DNA of 64,000 nucleotides. Source: an uncultured Clostridia bacterium. Its GTDB lineage: Bacteria > Bacillota > Clostridia > Christensenellales > UBA1242. Shown one piece after another: positions 1 through 8,875 of the stretch (positions are counted from its first letter, which is position 1; every line of letters begins with the position of its first letter). Both the position numbers and the translations under genes were made by a program. The notes beneath the pieces are model-generated. The model saw only the letters and a program-made list of their open reading frames with translations. It was not told the origin of the DNA and did no database searches. The stretch spans positions 256,951 through 320,950 of the forward strand of contig CAKVHV010000002.1 of assembly GCA_934754475.1 (NCBI GenBank), in the 5' to 3' direction.

Positions 1-84
1 AAATATGAATAATTATGTATATTGACATTAAATATATACTTTGTGTCAAATATAGTGATATTTTTGTCAATATATAATAAACAC

Positions 85-119
85 AAAAAAAGATTAAGCA
101 AATAGATATTTGCTTAATC
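85..119 (-). terminator. Rho-independent terminator after the LysM/DUF3794-like gene
   Basis: Inverted repeat gattaagcaaata...tatttgcttaatc preceded on the + strand by an A-run (a T-run on the - strand), immediately 3' of the CDS ending at 147. Confidence 0.55.
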
Positions 120-146
120 CAATATAAAAACCAGAGAGTCTTTTTG

Positions 147-1664
147 TCACATATTCAAAAGATTTGGATTATATATAACTAACTTTTCTCCACCAACAAG
201 TGGCAAGTTAACATCTGGGTTTTGACTAAGTATCAAATCAACACTAACACTCATCTCTTTTGCAACATCCCAAATAGTTTGATTAGGTTTAACTATGTAG
301 ATATATAGAACACAATCATCGTGCGGTTTTTCTTCACCCAAAACAACACCCGATACAACTCCAATTTCATTGTCGCCATACATATCGCTATATACACTAA
401 GATTGCCTGACACTTCGATTTCTTTGCCACGTTTGCTTCTTGCATTAACATCCGACAAGCATAGAGTTACAACACTAGAATTCATGCCTTCAACTTTTTC
501 TTCAACAGAGAATGGCATTTCAACTTGAACGGAAGTTACTGCATTTGTTTCCTTTGTGTAATACACAACTGTAGCATTTGCAACACCTTCAATTGCAAGT
601 CTTCCGTTTTCAACTCTGCTACTTGCAAGCACAATATTATTTGTACATACTCCTAAGATTTCATCTATAAATGGAGATGTCTCATTGATACTTGCCACGC
701 CACTAATGCTATCTTTGAATTGAACAGACGGACTGCCAACCAAGGTCTCAAAGTTCTCGGTTGTAATTGACATATAATTTGTTTTGGAATAAATATCGTC
801 TACTACATCGAGTGTAGTTTTATTAAATACATATCCAGTGTAAACAAGTGGAACATACAAGTTAATAAGCGCTCCGTCGTCTTCAAGCATTGTGGATACT
901 TTGATTTCATTAAATACAATAGATAGTTGGCTTTGGATATATGACATATCTGTAATTCCAGAAAGTGCGACATCCCAACTGAAGTCAAATGAATGGAAGT
1001 CGGACTTAATGTCACTATTGTTTTCACCCATTTGGTAACAAACATCTACATTCAAAATACCCGAAACGTTTACGAAACTATCTTTTGGAGTAACTGTAGT
1101 TACACATGCACTAGGTGTAACCATAAGAACTTTTTTGGCATCACTTACTTGGAACTCTTGGGTCAAATCAAATTTTTCATAAGCCATTCCAAGATATGAA
1201 TTAAATTCAATTTGTTTTGTAGACAAATAAACATCGTCTGAATTAACCGATGTCAAGACGCTTATGTCTTTGCTCTCGATTTGGTCAATAGTAACTTCTA
1301 CAATCGCAACAACTTTAATTCCGCCCGAAACAATTGCACTGCTGACATCAACTACATTGGAAGACAATACAACTTCGCCCAAAATCTCATTTTCGGACGT
1401 ATACTTGTCTTTGAATTCAGCACTATAGTCTAGTGCAGAAATTCCCAAACTTTCAAACATCGCTTGAAAATCTATTAGTCCCACAAAGTTAATTTCATTC
1501 CCCGCAACTTCGCTAGATTTAATAGTTGACTTGGCACTTACGGAATAAATAGCGTCAATCACATCTTCATTTGTTGGTAACTTTAATTCTATTACAGATT
1601 GAGTAATGCCTAAATTTTTTCTTACACTACTAACAACCTTTGTAAAATTTGGCTCAAACACCAT
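147..1664 (-). CDS. LysM domain protein with a long beta-rich N-terminal region (DUF3794/SpoVID-like architecture)
   Basis: 505-aa ORF. The C-terminal segment YIYIVKPNQTIWDVAKEMSVSVDLILSQNPDVNLPLVGGEKLVIY fits the LysM consensus. The N-terminal region resembles clostridial DUF3794 proteins (from memory, not searched). Confidence 0.6.
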   Translation of the reverse strand: MVFEPNFTKVVSSVRKNLGITQSVIELKLPTNEDVIDAIYSVSAKSTIKSSEVAGNEINFVGLIDFQAMFESLGISALDYSAEFKDKYTSENEILGEVVLSSNVVDVSSAIVSGGIKVVAIVEVTIDQIESKDISVLTSVNSDDVYLSTKQIEFNSYLGMAYEKFDLTQEFQVSDAKKVLMVTPSACVTTVTPKDSFVNVSGILNVDVCYQMGENNSDIKSDFHSFDFSWDVALSGITDMSYIQSQLSIVFNEIKVSTMLEDDGALINLYVPLVYTGYVFNKTTLDVVDDIYSKTNYMSITTENFETLVGSPSVQFKDSISGVASINETSPFIDEILGVCTNNIVLASSRVENGRLAIEGVANATVVYYTKETNAVTSVQVEMPFSVEEKVEGMNSSVVTLCLSDVNARSKRGKEIEVSGNLSVYSDMYGDNEIGVVSGVVLGEEKPHDDCVLYIYIVKPNQTIWDVAKEMSVSVDLILSQNPDVNLPLVGGEKLVIYNPNLLNM

Positions 1665-1831
1665 TTCAACCCCCTGATTTTTTAATTCTGATATAATATA
1701 CTAGCGACAAACTTCAATTATGACACTTTGATTAAATTTTTTTGCAAATGTTATTTCACTTTTTAAATTTTAATTTTTATGTTATAATTGTCTAGTATTT
1801 AAGATATTACTTATATATAATGGAGTGACAT

Positions 1832-2992
1832 ATGAAAATAGAACTAATAGTTATAGATAGTTTTGGAATTGGCGAAATGCCAGATGCGGACAAGTTTGGA
1901 GACGTGGGTAGCAATACTTATCTTAATACCTACAAAAAAACTGGCGTACAACTAAATAACTTGGCAAAATTAGGACTTAATAATATAGACGGTGTAAATC
2001 TAAGTCAAGACAGAGTTATTGGAAACTATGCAAGACTCAAGGAATTAACCTTTGCCAAGGACACTACTGCGGGACATTATGAAATGAGTGGACTTATTCT
2101 CAAAAATCCATATCCAACATTCCCAAATGGTTTTCCAAAAGAACTACTTGACTTACTTAAAGATAAATTAGGTGTTGAGTTTTTGGGAAATAAAGTGGCT
2201 TCTGGCACTGAGATAATTAAGGAACTAGGAGAAGAACATCTCAGAACCCACAAACCTATTGCATATACTTCAGCCGACTCAGTATTTCAGATTGCAACAC
2301 ACACAGACGTTTATTCGTTAGACGAATTATACAAACTATGCCACGATGTACGAGTTCTCTTTGACAAAGATAGCAAATACAATTTTGGAAGAGTCATTGC
2401 ACGTCCTTTTGCTACAAACGAAAAAGGCGAGTTCTATAGACTTGACACCCGAAAAGACTATGCCCTAAACCCCCCACAAAAAACTATGCTAGACAAACTA
2501 AAAGAAAATGGCTACGACGTAGTGGGAATTGGGAAAATTGAAGACGTATTCAACTTTCAAGGAATAACCGAGAGTAATCACACCAGAAACAATCAAACGG
2601 GAATTCAAGCGATTATCGAGACAACCAAACGTAGAGACATAAATGGTCTTGTATTTGCAAATCTAAATGATACAGATATGCTTTATGGTCATAGAAATAA
2701 CTATGTAGGTTATGCAAATGCACTCAAGGAAATTGACGACAATATTCCTGCCATTTTGGAAAATCTAGCAGATGATGACATTCTGCTTATCACTGCCGAC
2801 CATGGTTGCGACCCTACAACCCCAAGTACCGACCACAGTCGTGAGTATACCCCACTTCTCATATACGGAAAGAAGTTTAAACAAAATGTAAATTTTGGAA
2901 CAATTGACGGGTTTAATATAATCAGCAAGTCCATACTAGACTATTTCAAAATTGAAAAACACGAAGATAGTCTATTTAATAAATTAATATAA
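1832..2992 (+). CDS. deoB: Phosphopentomutase
   Basis: 386 aa. N-terminal IVIDSFGIGEMPDADKFGDVGSNT and C-terminal ITADHGCDPT motifs are typical of DeoB/Drm. It lies adjacent to deoD. Confidence 0.9.
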   Translation: MKIELIVIDSFGIGEMPDADKFGDVGSNTYLNTYKKTGVQLNNLAKLGLNNIDGVNLSQDRVIGNYARLKELTFAKDTTAGHYEMSGLILKNPYPTFPNGFPKELLDLLKDKLGVEFLGNKVASGTEIIKELGEEHLRTHKPIAYTSADSVFQIATHTDVYSLDELYKLCHDVRVLFDKDSKYNFGRVIARPFATNEKGEFYRLDTRKDYALNPPQKTMLDKLKENGYDVVGIGKIEDVFNFQGITESNHTRNNQTGIQAIIETTKRRDINGLVFANLNDTDMLYGHRNNYVGYANALKEIDDNIPAILENLADDDILLITADHGCDPTTPSTDHSREYTPLLIYGKKFKQNVNFGTIDGFNIISKSILDYFKIEKHEDSLFNKLI

Positions 2993-3004
2993 AAGGAAAA
3001 TATA

Positions 3005-3709
3005 ATGACAGCTCATAATCAAGCAAGCAAAGAAGAAATTGCAAAAACAGTTATAATGCCCGGCGACCCCCTTAGAAGCAAGATGATTGCCGAAACATTC
3101 TTAAAAGATTACAAACTAGTAAATAACGTTCGTGGAGTACAAGGATACACAGGTTATTACAAAGACAAATTAGTAACCGTTATGGCGAGTGGAATGGGCA
3201 ATCCTTCCATGGGAATATATAGTTATGAACTCTTTAAATTTTATGATGTAGATAGAATAATTAGAGTTGGCTCAATTGGTGCTATGAACAAAGATATTCC
3301 GCTCAAAAGTTTAATTCTTGGCAAAAGGGTCTTTACAAAAACAAACTATAATAATTTTTATATAGACTTTGGTGCAGACTACATAAATTGCTCAAAAGAA
3401 CTTTTATCTCGTGCAGTGTCAATTGCGGACACACTAGGATACAAATATAGTACTGGAGATATCTTGTGCTCCGACACGTTCTATACAGACGAAGACGAAA
3501 TCAAGTTATCTTTGGAAAAAAACTTACTTGGCGTTGAAATGGAAGGCGCATCACTTTATCTAAATGCCGAAAGACTACACAAGGACGCACTTTGTATTTG
3601 TACTGTTTCAAATAACCTAATAACCGACGAAGAAACTACTAGCGAAGAAAGACAAAATTCATTCCTAGACATGATTAAACTAAGTCTTGAAATTGCGGTT
3701 AGTTATTAA
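3005..3709 (+). CDS. deoD: Purine nucleoside phosphorylase, DeoD type
   Basis: 234 aa. VIMPGDPLRSKMIAETFL...VNNVRG...GMGNPS and EMEGASLY motifs closely resemble E. coli DeoD. Confidence 0.9.
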   Translation: MTAHNQASKEEIAKTVIMPGDPLRSKMIAETFLKDYKLVNNVRGVQGYTGYYKDKLVTVMASGMGNPSMGIYSYELFKFYDVDRIIRVGSIGAMNKDIPLKSLILGKRVFTKTNYNNFYIDFGADYINCSKELLSRAVSIADTLGYKYSTGDILCSDTFYTDEDEIKLSLEKNLLGVEMEGASLYLNAERLHKDALCICTVSNNLITDEETTSEERQNSFLDMIKLSLEIAVSY

Positions 3710-3801
3710 TTCTCTATTAATCCGTTATTCAAAAAAATTAAACCCAATTGGATAGGATGAAAGTTAAGGGCTAACGAATAACATAAAATATGATTAAATA
3801 C

Positions 3802-3837
3802 AAAAAAAAGAAGAGCAAATTTTACTCTTCTTTTTTT
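3802..3837. terminator. Bidirectional rho-independent terminator between deoD and the LRR gene
   Basis: Stem aagaagag/ctcttctt with an A-run upstream and a T-run downstream, between convergent genes. Confidence 0.7.
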
Positions 3838-3891
3838 GTATTTATCTAATTAGACAATTTTGTTTAAAAACATTTTTGGAATTAATTTATA

Positions 3892-4401
3892 TTATGCTTG
3901 GGTGCCATTAATGCTTTCGTAATCGGCTCTAGTCTTGTTCCATTCAACATCCAACTTAGAAATAGACCAAGAAGGACTACAATAATTCCAGCGCTTACCC
4001 CAACTATCAGGTTTAGATTCAGCCCCACAATAAATTTTTAAATCTTTTGAACAGCCATTGAAGAATGGATTATAATCATTTGCATCAATGTTGGTTACAG
4101 ATGCAGGAATGTATATACTAGTAAGGCTCTGACAATTATTAAATACTTGGCTACTCATACTTGTCAAAGTACTCGAAAGTCTTATCTTTGTAAGCTTAGT
4201 ACATCCGTCAAATGCATTATTGCCCAAATATGTTACATCTTTTTCGCCGTCATTCATAATTACACTAGTTAGACCAGTACAACCCTTGAAGGCAGAAGTT
4301 CCAATCCATGTAACGCTGTTTGGAATTTCGACGCTTGTAAGTTTTGTGCGACCTTTAAAATTAATACTAGTATTAATATCTACAACTTTTTGAATATTCA
4401 A
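3892..4401 (-). CDS. Leucine-rich repeat (BspA-type) domain protein
   Basis: 169 aa with repeated IPxSVTxIGxxAFxGCxxLTSV units. TTG start overlapping the stop of the upstream membrane-protein gene (TTGA). Confidence 0.7.
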   Translation of the reverse strand: MNIQKVVDINTSINFKGRTKLTSVEIPNSVTWIGTSAFKGCTGLTSVIMNDGEKDVTYLGNNAFDGCTKLTKIRLSSTLTSMSSQVFNNCQSLTSIYIPASVTNIDANDYNPFFNGCSKDLKIYCGAESKPDSWGKRWNYCSPSWSISKLDVEWNKTRADYESINGTQA

Positions 4402-4949
4402 TCTTTTTTCTTTAAAAAATTCAAATTTCTATTGGATACACACAACTCATACTCTTGTTTGGAAATATCCAGTGTTCCCTTAAAAAATATCCTTAAATCC
4501 TGGGTTTTTCCGCTATCGTCGACATACTCAATATCATAAAAACTATATCCCAAAATATTAAGCAAAGGATTTACATAGAAAATGTTATTTTTGATATAAA
4601 CAATCCCAATAAAAATAAGAATTACAACAAAAACACTAACAAAACATAGTTTGGACAAATCAAACGCAAGTGCCAGCAAAACAAATAACGAAAAGTAATT
4701 TAAAAAATGCTGGTCGGTTATATTGGTCTTAGACAAAACTTTTATGGTTTTGTACTCTTTTTGGTTAAACTTCAAGATTATCATAAGCCCAATTGTTCCA
4801 ACCAATGTTAGTATTAGCAGTGCCACCATTACACAAGTATTTGTAACATTAAAAGTTAAATTTTTATTAAGAATTTCGACTATTAAATTAATTAAAAACA
4901 AAATATACATCGGCACAAATGCGGATATAAAAAGAATAATTTTTGACAT
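4398..4949 (-). CDS. Hypothetical integral membrane protein
   Basis: 183 aa with about 4 hydrophobic helices, translationally coupled to the LRR gene. No recognisable family. Confidence 0.5.
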   Translation of the reverse strand: MSKIILFISAFVPMYILFLINLIVEILNKNLTFNVTNTCVMVALLILTLVGTIGLMIILKFNQKEYKTIKVLSKTNITDQHFLNYFSLFVLLALAFDLSKLCFVSVFVVILIFIGIVYIKNNIFYVNPLLNILGYSFYDIEYVDDSGKTQDLRIFFKGTLDISKQEYELCVSNRNLNFLKKKD

Positions 4950-5112
4950 AGTATATTTTTAATCATTAATGGGGTTTTTATTCATTTTTACAAATTTGCT
5001 TTTAATTCTCTTAAAATTTCTAACAACTTAAGTTTTTTTTACAAATTTTGGAAAATGTCACATAAAACACTAAAACTTACACAAGATAATTAAAATTTTA
5101 TTGGAGAGAATT

Positions 5113-5805
5113 ATGTCAAAAGTCAAATTTAGATTAACAATATTAATTTGCATTTTAATAATGGCAAGTTTATTAAATTTTAATCAAAACACTTTAATTT
5201 TTGCAAAAGAAGAAAATTTAGCAAACTCTTTTAAATTAGAACTAGTAAGTAGCGGACAAATCGAAGTTCTGCCCGACCAAGCCGAAGTCAATTTAAGTAT
5301 CGAATTTGTAGATTTAAACAAAGAATTAAGCCAAAAAAGTTGTATCCAAATTAGCAAAAATGTCAAAGCACACCTAATTTATTTAGGAATAGATGAGACG
5401 AATATCAAAAACAATAATAGCTACACCTATCCAATTGAAAACTATGGCGAAAGAGCTTTCAAAACTTATGCAAATATTTCTTTTGTTTCACAAAGTATAG
5501 ACAATTTAGATGACATTTTGAGTACTCTTCAAAGCGATTATATCAAAATCACAAACATTTGTTATTCAAGCAAAGACTACGATACTTTCTACGAAAAAGC
5601 ATTGCTCGAAGCACAAAAAAATGCCTTAGAAAAGGCACAAAGATTGTATCCAAATAGCATAGTTAAAATTAACAAAATTCAAGAAATTGAAAACTACTAT
5701 CCTGTTTCACTATATAGAGAATACAATCCTAAATTTTTGGAAACCGACCACCTAACTCCGCTTGAAATCACCGCAAGAGTCAAAGTAACCTTTGAAATAA
5801 ATTAA
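5113..5805 (+). CDS. SIMPL (DUF541) domain protein, secreted
   Basis: ORF 5101-5805. Probable ATG at 5113 after GGAGAG, followed by a signal-like hydrophobic N-terminus. IEVLPDQAEVNLSIEF and the C-terminal layout are typical of SIMPL/26-kDa periplasmic immunogenic proteins. Confidence 0.65.
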   Translation: MSKVKFRLTILICILIMASLLNFNQNTLIFAKEENLANSFKLELVSSGQIEVLPDQAEVNLSIEFVDLNKELSQKSCIQISKNVKAHLIYLGIDETNIKNNNSYTYPIENYGERAFKTYANISFVSQSIDNLDDILSTLQSDYIKITNICYSSKDYDTFYEKALLEAQKNALEKAQRLYPNSIVKINKIQEIENYYPVSLYREYNPKFLETDHLTPLEITARVKVTFEIN

Positions 5806-6117
5806 TTATCTTCCACTACCCAAGTTATTATTGTTTTTAAATCTTTTTGAGTATTTATCTAGCACTTTTTCCAAAGCCACATTTGCATCCAAGTTACACT
5901 CATTAGCAAGACTCAAAAGAGAGTACAAAACGTCTCCAAATTCCAATTCAAAATCCAAGGTGTTTTCAAAACTTTTAGTTCCATAAGATGTTGCCTTGAG
6001 ATACTCTTTGGCAAGTTCACCAAACTCACTTGAAATATCTAGTAGTCTTGCGTTAATTGGTATTGGTTTTTTGTGGCAATCAAGTTTGTTATTAAATTCT
6101 TTTACTTTGTTTTGCAT
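5806..6117 (-). CDS. MazG-like nucleotide pyrophosphohydrolase family protein
   Basis: 103 aa. EFGELAKEYLK ... LEFGDVLYSLLSLAN acidic helix pairs are typical of small MazG-type NTP pyrophosphohydrolases. Confidence 0.7.
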   Translation of the reverse strand: MQNKVKEFNNKLDCHKKPIPINARLLDISSEFGELAKEYLKATSYGTKSFENTLDFELEFGDVLYSLLSLANECNLDANVALEKVLDKYSKRFKNNNNLGSGR

Positions 6118-6518
6118 ATCAAAATCTCCTTTGTTTTTTTAAATTATATCAAATAAAATCAAAACATCATAACAAAATTAACGTTAAGTCAATTTTAATA
6201 CAATAATTGTTTAGACGATTCCGAATTAGCATATTCTAGGAAGTTAAGACTTGCACAAATGTTTACATTTTATTACAGACAACAACAATGAATTCAACCT
6301 ATGTGTCCACGATTTTATCGTGGGGTTGCGTCTAGCAACTTGGGGGTGTGAACAAGGTGAACAACCTGTAATACATAGATTATAATCTAAAAAGATTAAA
6401 CAAAGAAGTTCGCTAGGACATCTTGTTTTAATCTGACGATGTTTTCAATATAACTCCCATAATTATATTTGAGATAGACATAATGGATGATAACATATAG
6501 ATATTTTACAAAATAAAC

Positions 6519-6547
6519 TTTACAAACAAGAATTTTCGTGTTAAACT
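6519..6547 (+). promoter_or_regulatory. Putative sigma-A promoter of tRNA-Ser
   Basis: TTTACA, 17 nt, TAAACT, ending about 11 nt before the mature tRNA 5' end. Confidence 0.45.
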
Positions 6548-8178
6548 ATGTGTGTTTTGGAGACGTACCGAAGTGGTCGTACCGGGACGCACTCGAAATG
6601 CGTTTGCTGGGTAACCTGCACGAGAGTTCGAATCTCTCCGTCTCCGCCATTAACCTGTCGTTCGGCGTGATTTACGCTGAACGACTTTTTTTCTTCTAAA
6701 TCTTTTATTGTATTCTCAATTTTCTCTATATCTTCTTTGCTGTTAATTACTATTTCTTCGCTATCGTTTGATTTTGTATTATAAATAATTATTAGTCTGT
6801 CATTATAATAAATTATTTTTGATATAAACTTGGTAAAGAATTCAACTCTTTCATTGTGATTTGAGTAATCCTTACTCATAAAATAATATATAAAGTGTTT
6901 TATATCTTCTGGTTTTATTGGCTTCGTTTGGTGCGATTCTGATAAAACCATTTTTTCTGTTAAAATGGATTTTTCATTTTCTAATTGTTTAATTTTCAAT
7001 TCAATGGATTTGGAATTTAATCCATTCATAATCGCAGTGATTAAAGACTCAATTTGTTTGTCAATTTCTTTTAATTGTGCTTGTAAATTTGCAAGTTCTA
7101 AATTCTCTCCCAATTCGGCATTATATTGTTTTGCAATTAAGTTTGCTATTTGATCTACTCTTGATTTTGTTAAAATATGGTTCTTTGTTACATCAACAAT
7201 TAGATTTTCAATATAATCCTTTCTTATTGTTTTACTTTCACATTCTTTTATTAAATGTTTACGATTTCTACATTTGTAATATCTATGCTTTGTTCCATTT
7301 TTCCCGTTGCCTGATTCTGCCGTCATAGTGCAACCACAATATCCACAATACAGCTTGCTACTTAATATGTAATCATCGACTCTATTTTTGTGCTTTTGTC
7401 TATGTTTATGTTGATCCATAATCTTGTTGCATTTATCAAATAATTCCTTGCTTATGATTGGCGGAACAATGTCATTATAAACTATTCCTTTACAGTTAAA
7501 CTCGCCAATATATTTTCTATTGCGAAGCATTTTTGCGATTATCTCCACAGTAAACTTTTTGCCTTGTTTGTTCTTAAAACCATTTTTGTTCAAATCATCG
7601 CAAATTTCTTTTGCAAACTTGCCATTAGCATACTGTTTGAATACTTCTTCCACAAGGCGTGCTTCTTGCGGTTCTACTGCCCATTTTTTGTCAACAATCT
7701 TGTATCCTAGATTAACACTTCCACCAATGTAGTTACCTTTGATTAAACTCTCATTTATACCTCGTTTTACTTTTTGCCCAAGCTCTTTGGAATAGTATTC
7801 AGCCATACCTTCTAGCACAGACTCCATTAGCACACCACTAGCATCATCTGAAATATTTTCTCTTGCAGACAATACTCTAATACCACTTTTTTTGAGTTTT
7901 GCTTTGTAATTTGCACTATCATATCTACTTCTTGCAAACCTGTCTAGCTGGTATACAAGTACATATTCAAACTCTTTCTTTTTGCTATCTTCAATCATTT
8001 GTAAGAATGCTGGTCTGTTGTCGGTCATACCAGAGATTGCTCGGTCTATATACTCGTTTACTACCACATAATCATTTCGTTTTGCATACTCATAACATTC
8101 ACGAAGTTGTCCCTCAATGGATTGTTCTGTTTGGCTATGAGAACTGAATCTTGCATATATTACCACTTTACTTTTCAC
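6541..8178 (-). CDS. Large serine recombinase (LSR1)
   Basis: VVIYARFSSHSQTEQSIEGQL catalytic-Ser motif, DRFARS, recombinase domain, zinc ribbon CGYCG...YYKC and a coiled-coil. Likely GTG start at 8178 after AAAGGAG. The ORF has no stop until 6541, so its last ~36 codons are antisense to tRNA-Ser. Confidence 0.85.
   Translation of the reverse strand: MKSKVVIYARFSSHSQTEQSIEGQLRECYEYAKRNDYVVVNEYIDRAISGMTDNRPAFLQMIEDSKKKEFEYVLVYQLDRFARSRYDSANYKAKLKKSGIRVLSARENISDDASGVLMESVLEGMAEYYSKELGQKVKRGINESLIKGNYIGGSVNLGYKIVDKKWAVEPQEARLVEEVFKQYANGKFAKEICDDLNKNGFKNKQGKKFTVEIIAKMLRNRKYIGEFNCKGIVYNDIVPPIISKELFDKCNKIMDQHKHRQKHKNRVDDYILSSKLYCGYCGCTMTAESGNGKNGTKHRYYKCRNRKHLIKECESKTIRKDYIENLIVDVTKNHILTKSRVDQIANLIAKQYNAELGENLELANLQAQLKEIDKQIESLITAIMNGLNSKSIELKIKQLENEKSILTEKMVLSESHQTKPIKPEDIKHFIYYFMSKDYSNHNERVEFFTKFISKIIYYNDRLIIIYNTKSNDSEEIVINSKEDIEKIENTIKDLEEKKSFSVNHAERQVNGGDGEIRTLVQVTQQTHFECVPVRPLRYVSKTHIV
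6559..6649 (+). tRNA. tRNA-Ser (anticodon CGA), CCA encoded
   Basis: Manual cloverleaf. 7-bp acceptor GGAGACG/CGTCTCC, 3-bp D stem, anticodon stem ACGCA/TGCGT with loop CTCGAAA (CGA). Long variable arm, T arm GAGAG-TTCGAAT-CTCTC, discriminator G, CCA. Confidence 0.9.
6635..6651 (+). repeat. att core copy A (tRNA-Ser 3' end, TCTCCGTCTCCGCCATT)
   Basis: Shares the 10-mer CTCCGCCATT with 26881-26890 and a 17-mer with 31982-31998. Confidence 0.7.
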
Positions 8179-8416
8179 TTGTTGTACTCCTTTTTGAACT
8201 ATCACAAACACACATATCACAAACACTTTCACAAGTCCAGTCAAAACCTAAATATTCTTTTTTAATTTTCTCTATATCTCCATTGTCCTTTAAGAACTCC
8301 TTAATTATGTTTTTTAGAAAGTAGGCACCAATTTCAATAGAAGTTTTATCTATTTCAATCTTTGTTGTTTTTTCATCTCCATTTAGTAAATTTATTATTT
8401 GAATATTTTTATTCAT
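8168..8416 (-). CDS. Small hypothetical protein upstream of LSR1 (possible accessory/directionality factor)
   Basis: 82-88 aa ORF with an ATG at 8416 preceded by AAAGGAA. It overlaps the LSR1 start by 11 nt. No recognisable motif. Confidence 0.35.
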   Translation of the reverse strand: MNKNIQIINLLNGDEKTTKIEIDKTSIEIGAYFLKNIIKEFLKDNGDIEKIKKEYLGFDWTCESVCDMCVCDSSKRSTTSEK

Positions 8417-8749
8417 ATAAGATTTCCTTTTCATTGCAATTAGAGGGGCAATGAAATTTTTTCTTATTAAATAAAATGTTCAATAAAGACAAACTGGGTT
8501 TCCCAGTTATGGCGAAAAGCGGAGAGATGCAAATTGAGTCAATGTGCTGGCACGCACAAAAACTGTGACGGCACTAAAAGTGTCCATATCTAGCGGGTTT
8601 TAGCCACATAAAAAACAATTTGCGTCACTCCTTTTCCTGCTTAGTAAATTAAACATTTATTTTCTTCCGAGTTCATTCTTCTTAATCATAAACACCTCCT
8701 CTATATAAGGGGTTTTATAAGTCACTTTTTGCATTAGATTTCTTTACAT

Positions 8750-8785
8750 AAAAAAAGGAAACCACTGATTTTATCAGAGATTTCG
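8750..8785 (-). terminator. Rho-independent terminator of the DUF2075 gene
   Basis: On the - strand: gaaatctctgataaaatcagtggtttc followed by CTTTTTTT. Confidence 0.65.
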
Positions 8786-8837
8786 CTATATAAATTATTT
8801 TTAAAATTTCAATTTTATTGCCAAATTTTTCAGTCAC

Positions 8838-8870
8838 TTTTTCTTTTATCTCAAAAAGAGAGGCAATGAG
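8838..8870 (-). repeat. 33-nt conserved 3'-UTR element, copy 1
   Basis: TTTTTCTTTTATCTCAAAAAGAGAGGCAATGAG (+ strand), identical to 11176-11208. Starts 5 nt after the DUF2075 stop codon. Confidence 0.85.
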
Positions 8871-8875
8871 CAGTT

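Noticed and set aside
6299-6378. Possible tRNA or tRNA pseudogene call for the cloverleaf-like element
   Set aside because: It has no TTCRA T-loop. Its 5-nt loops sit where 7-nt anticodon and T loops are required. There are no U33/R37 features on either strand, and the acceptor-to-arm spacing is wrong.
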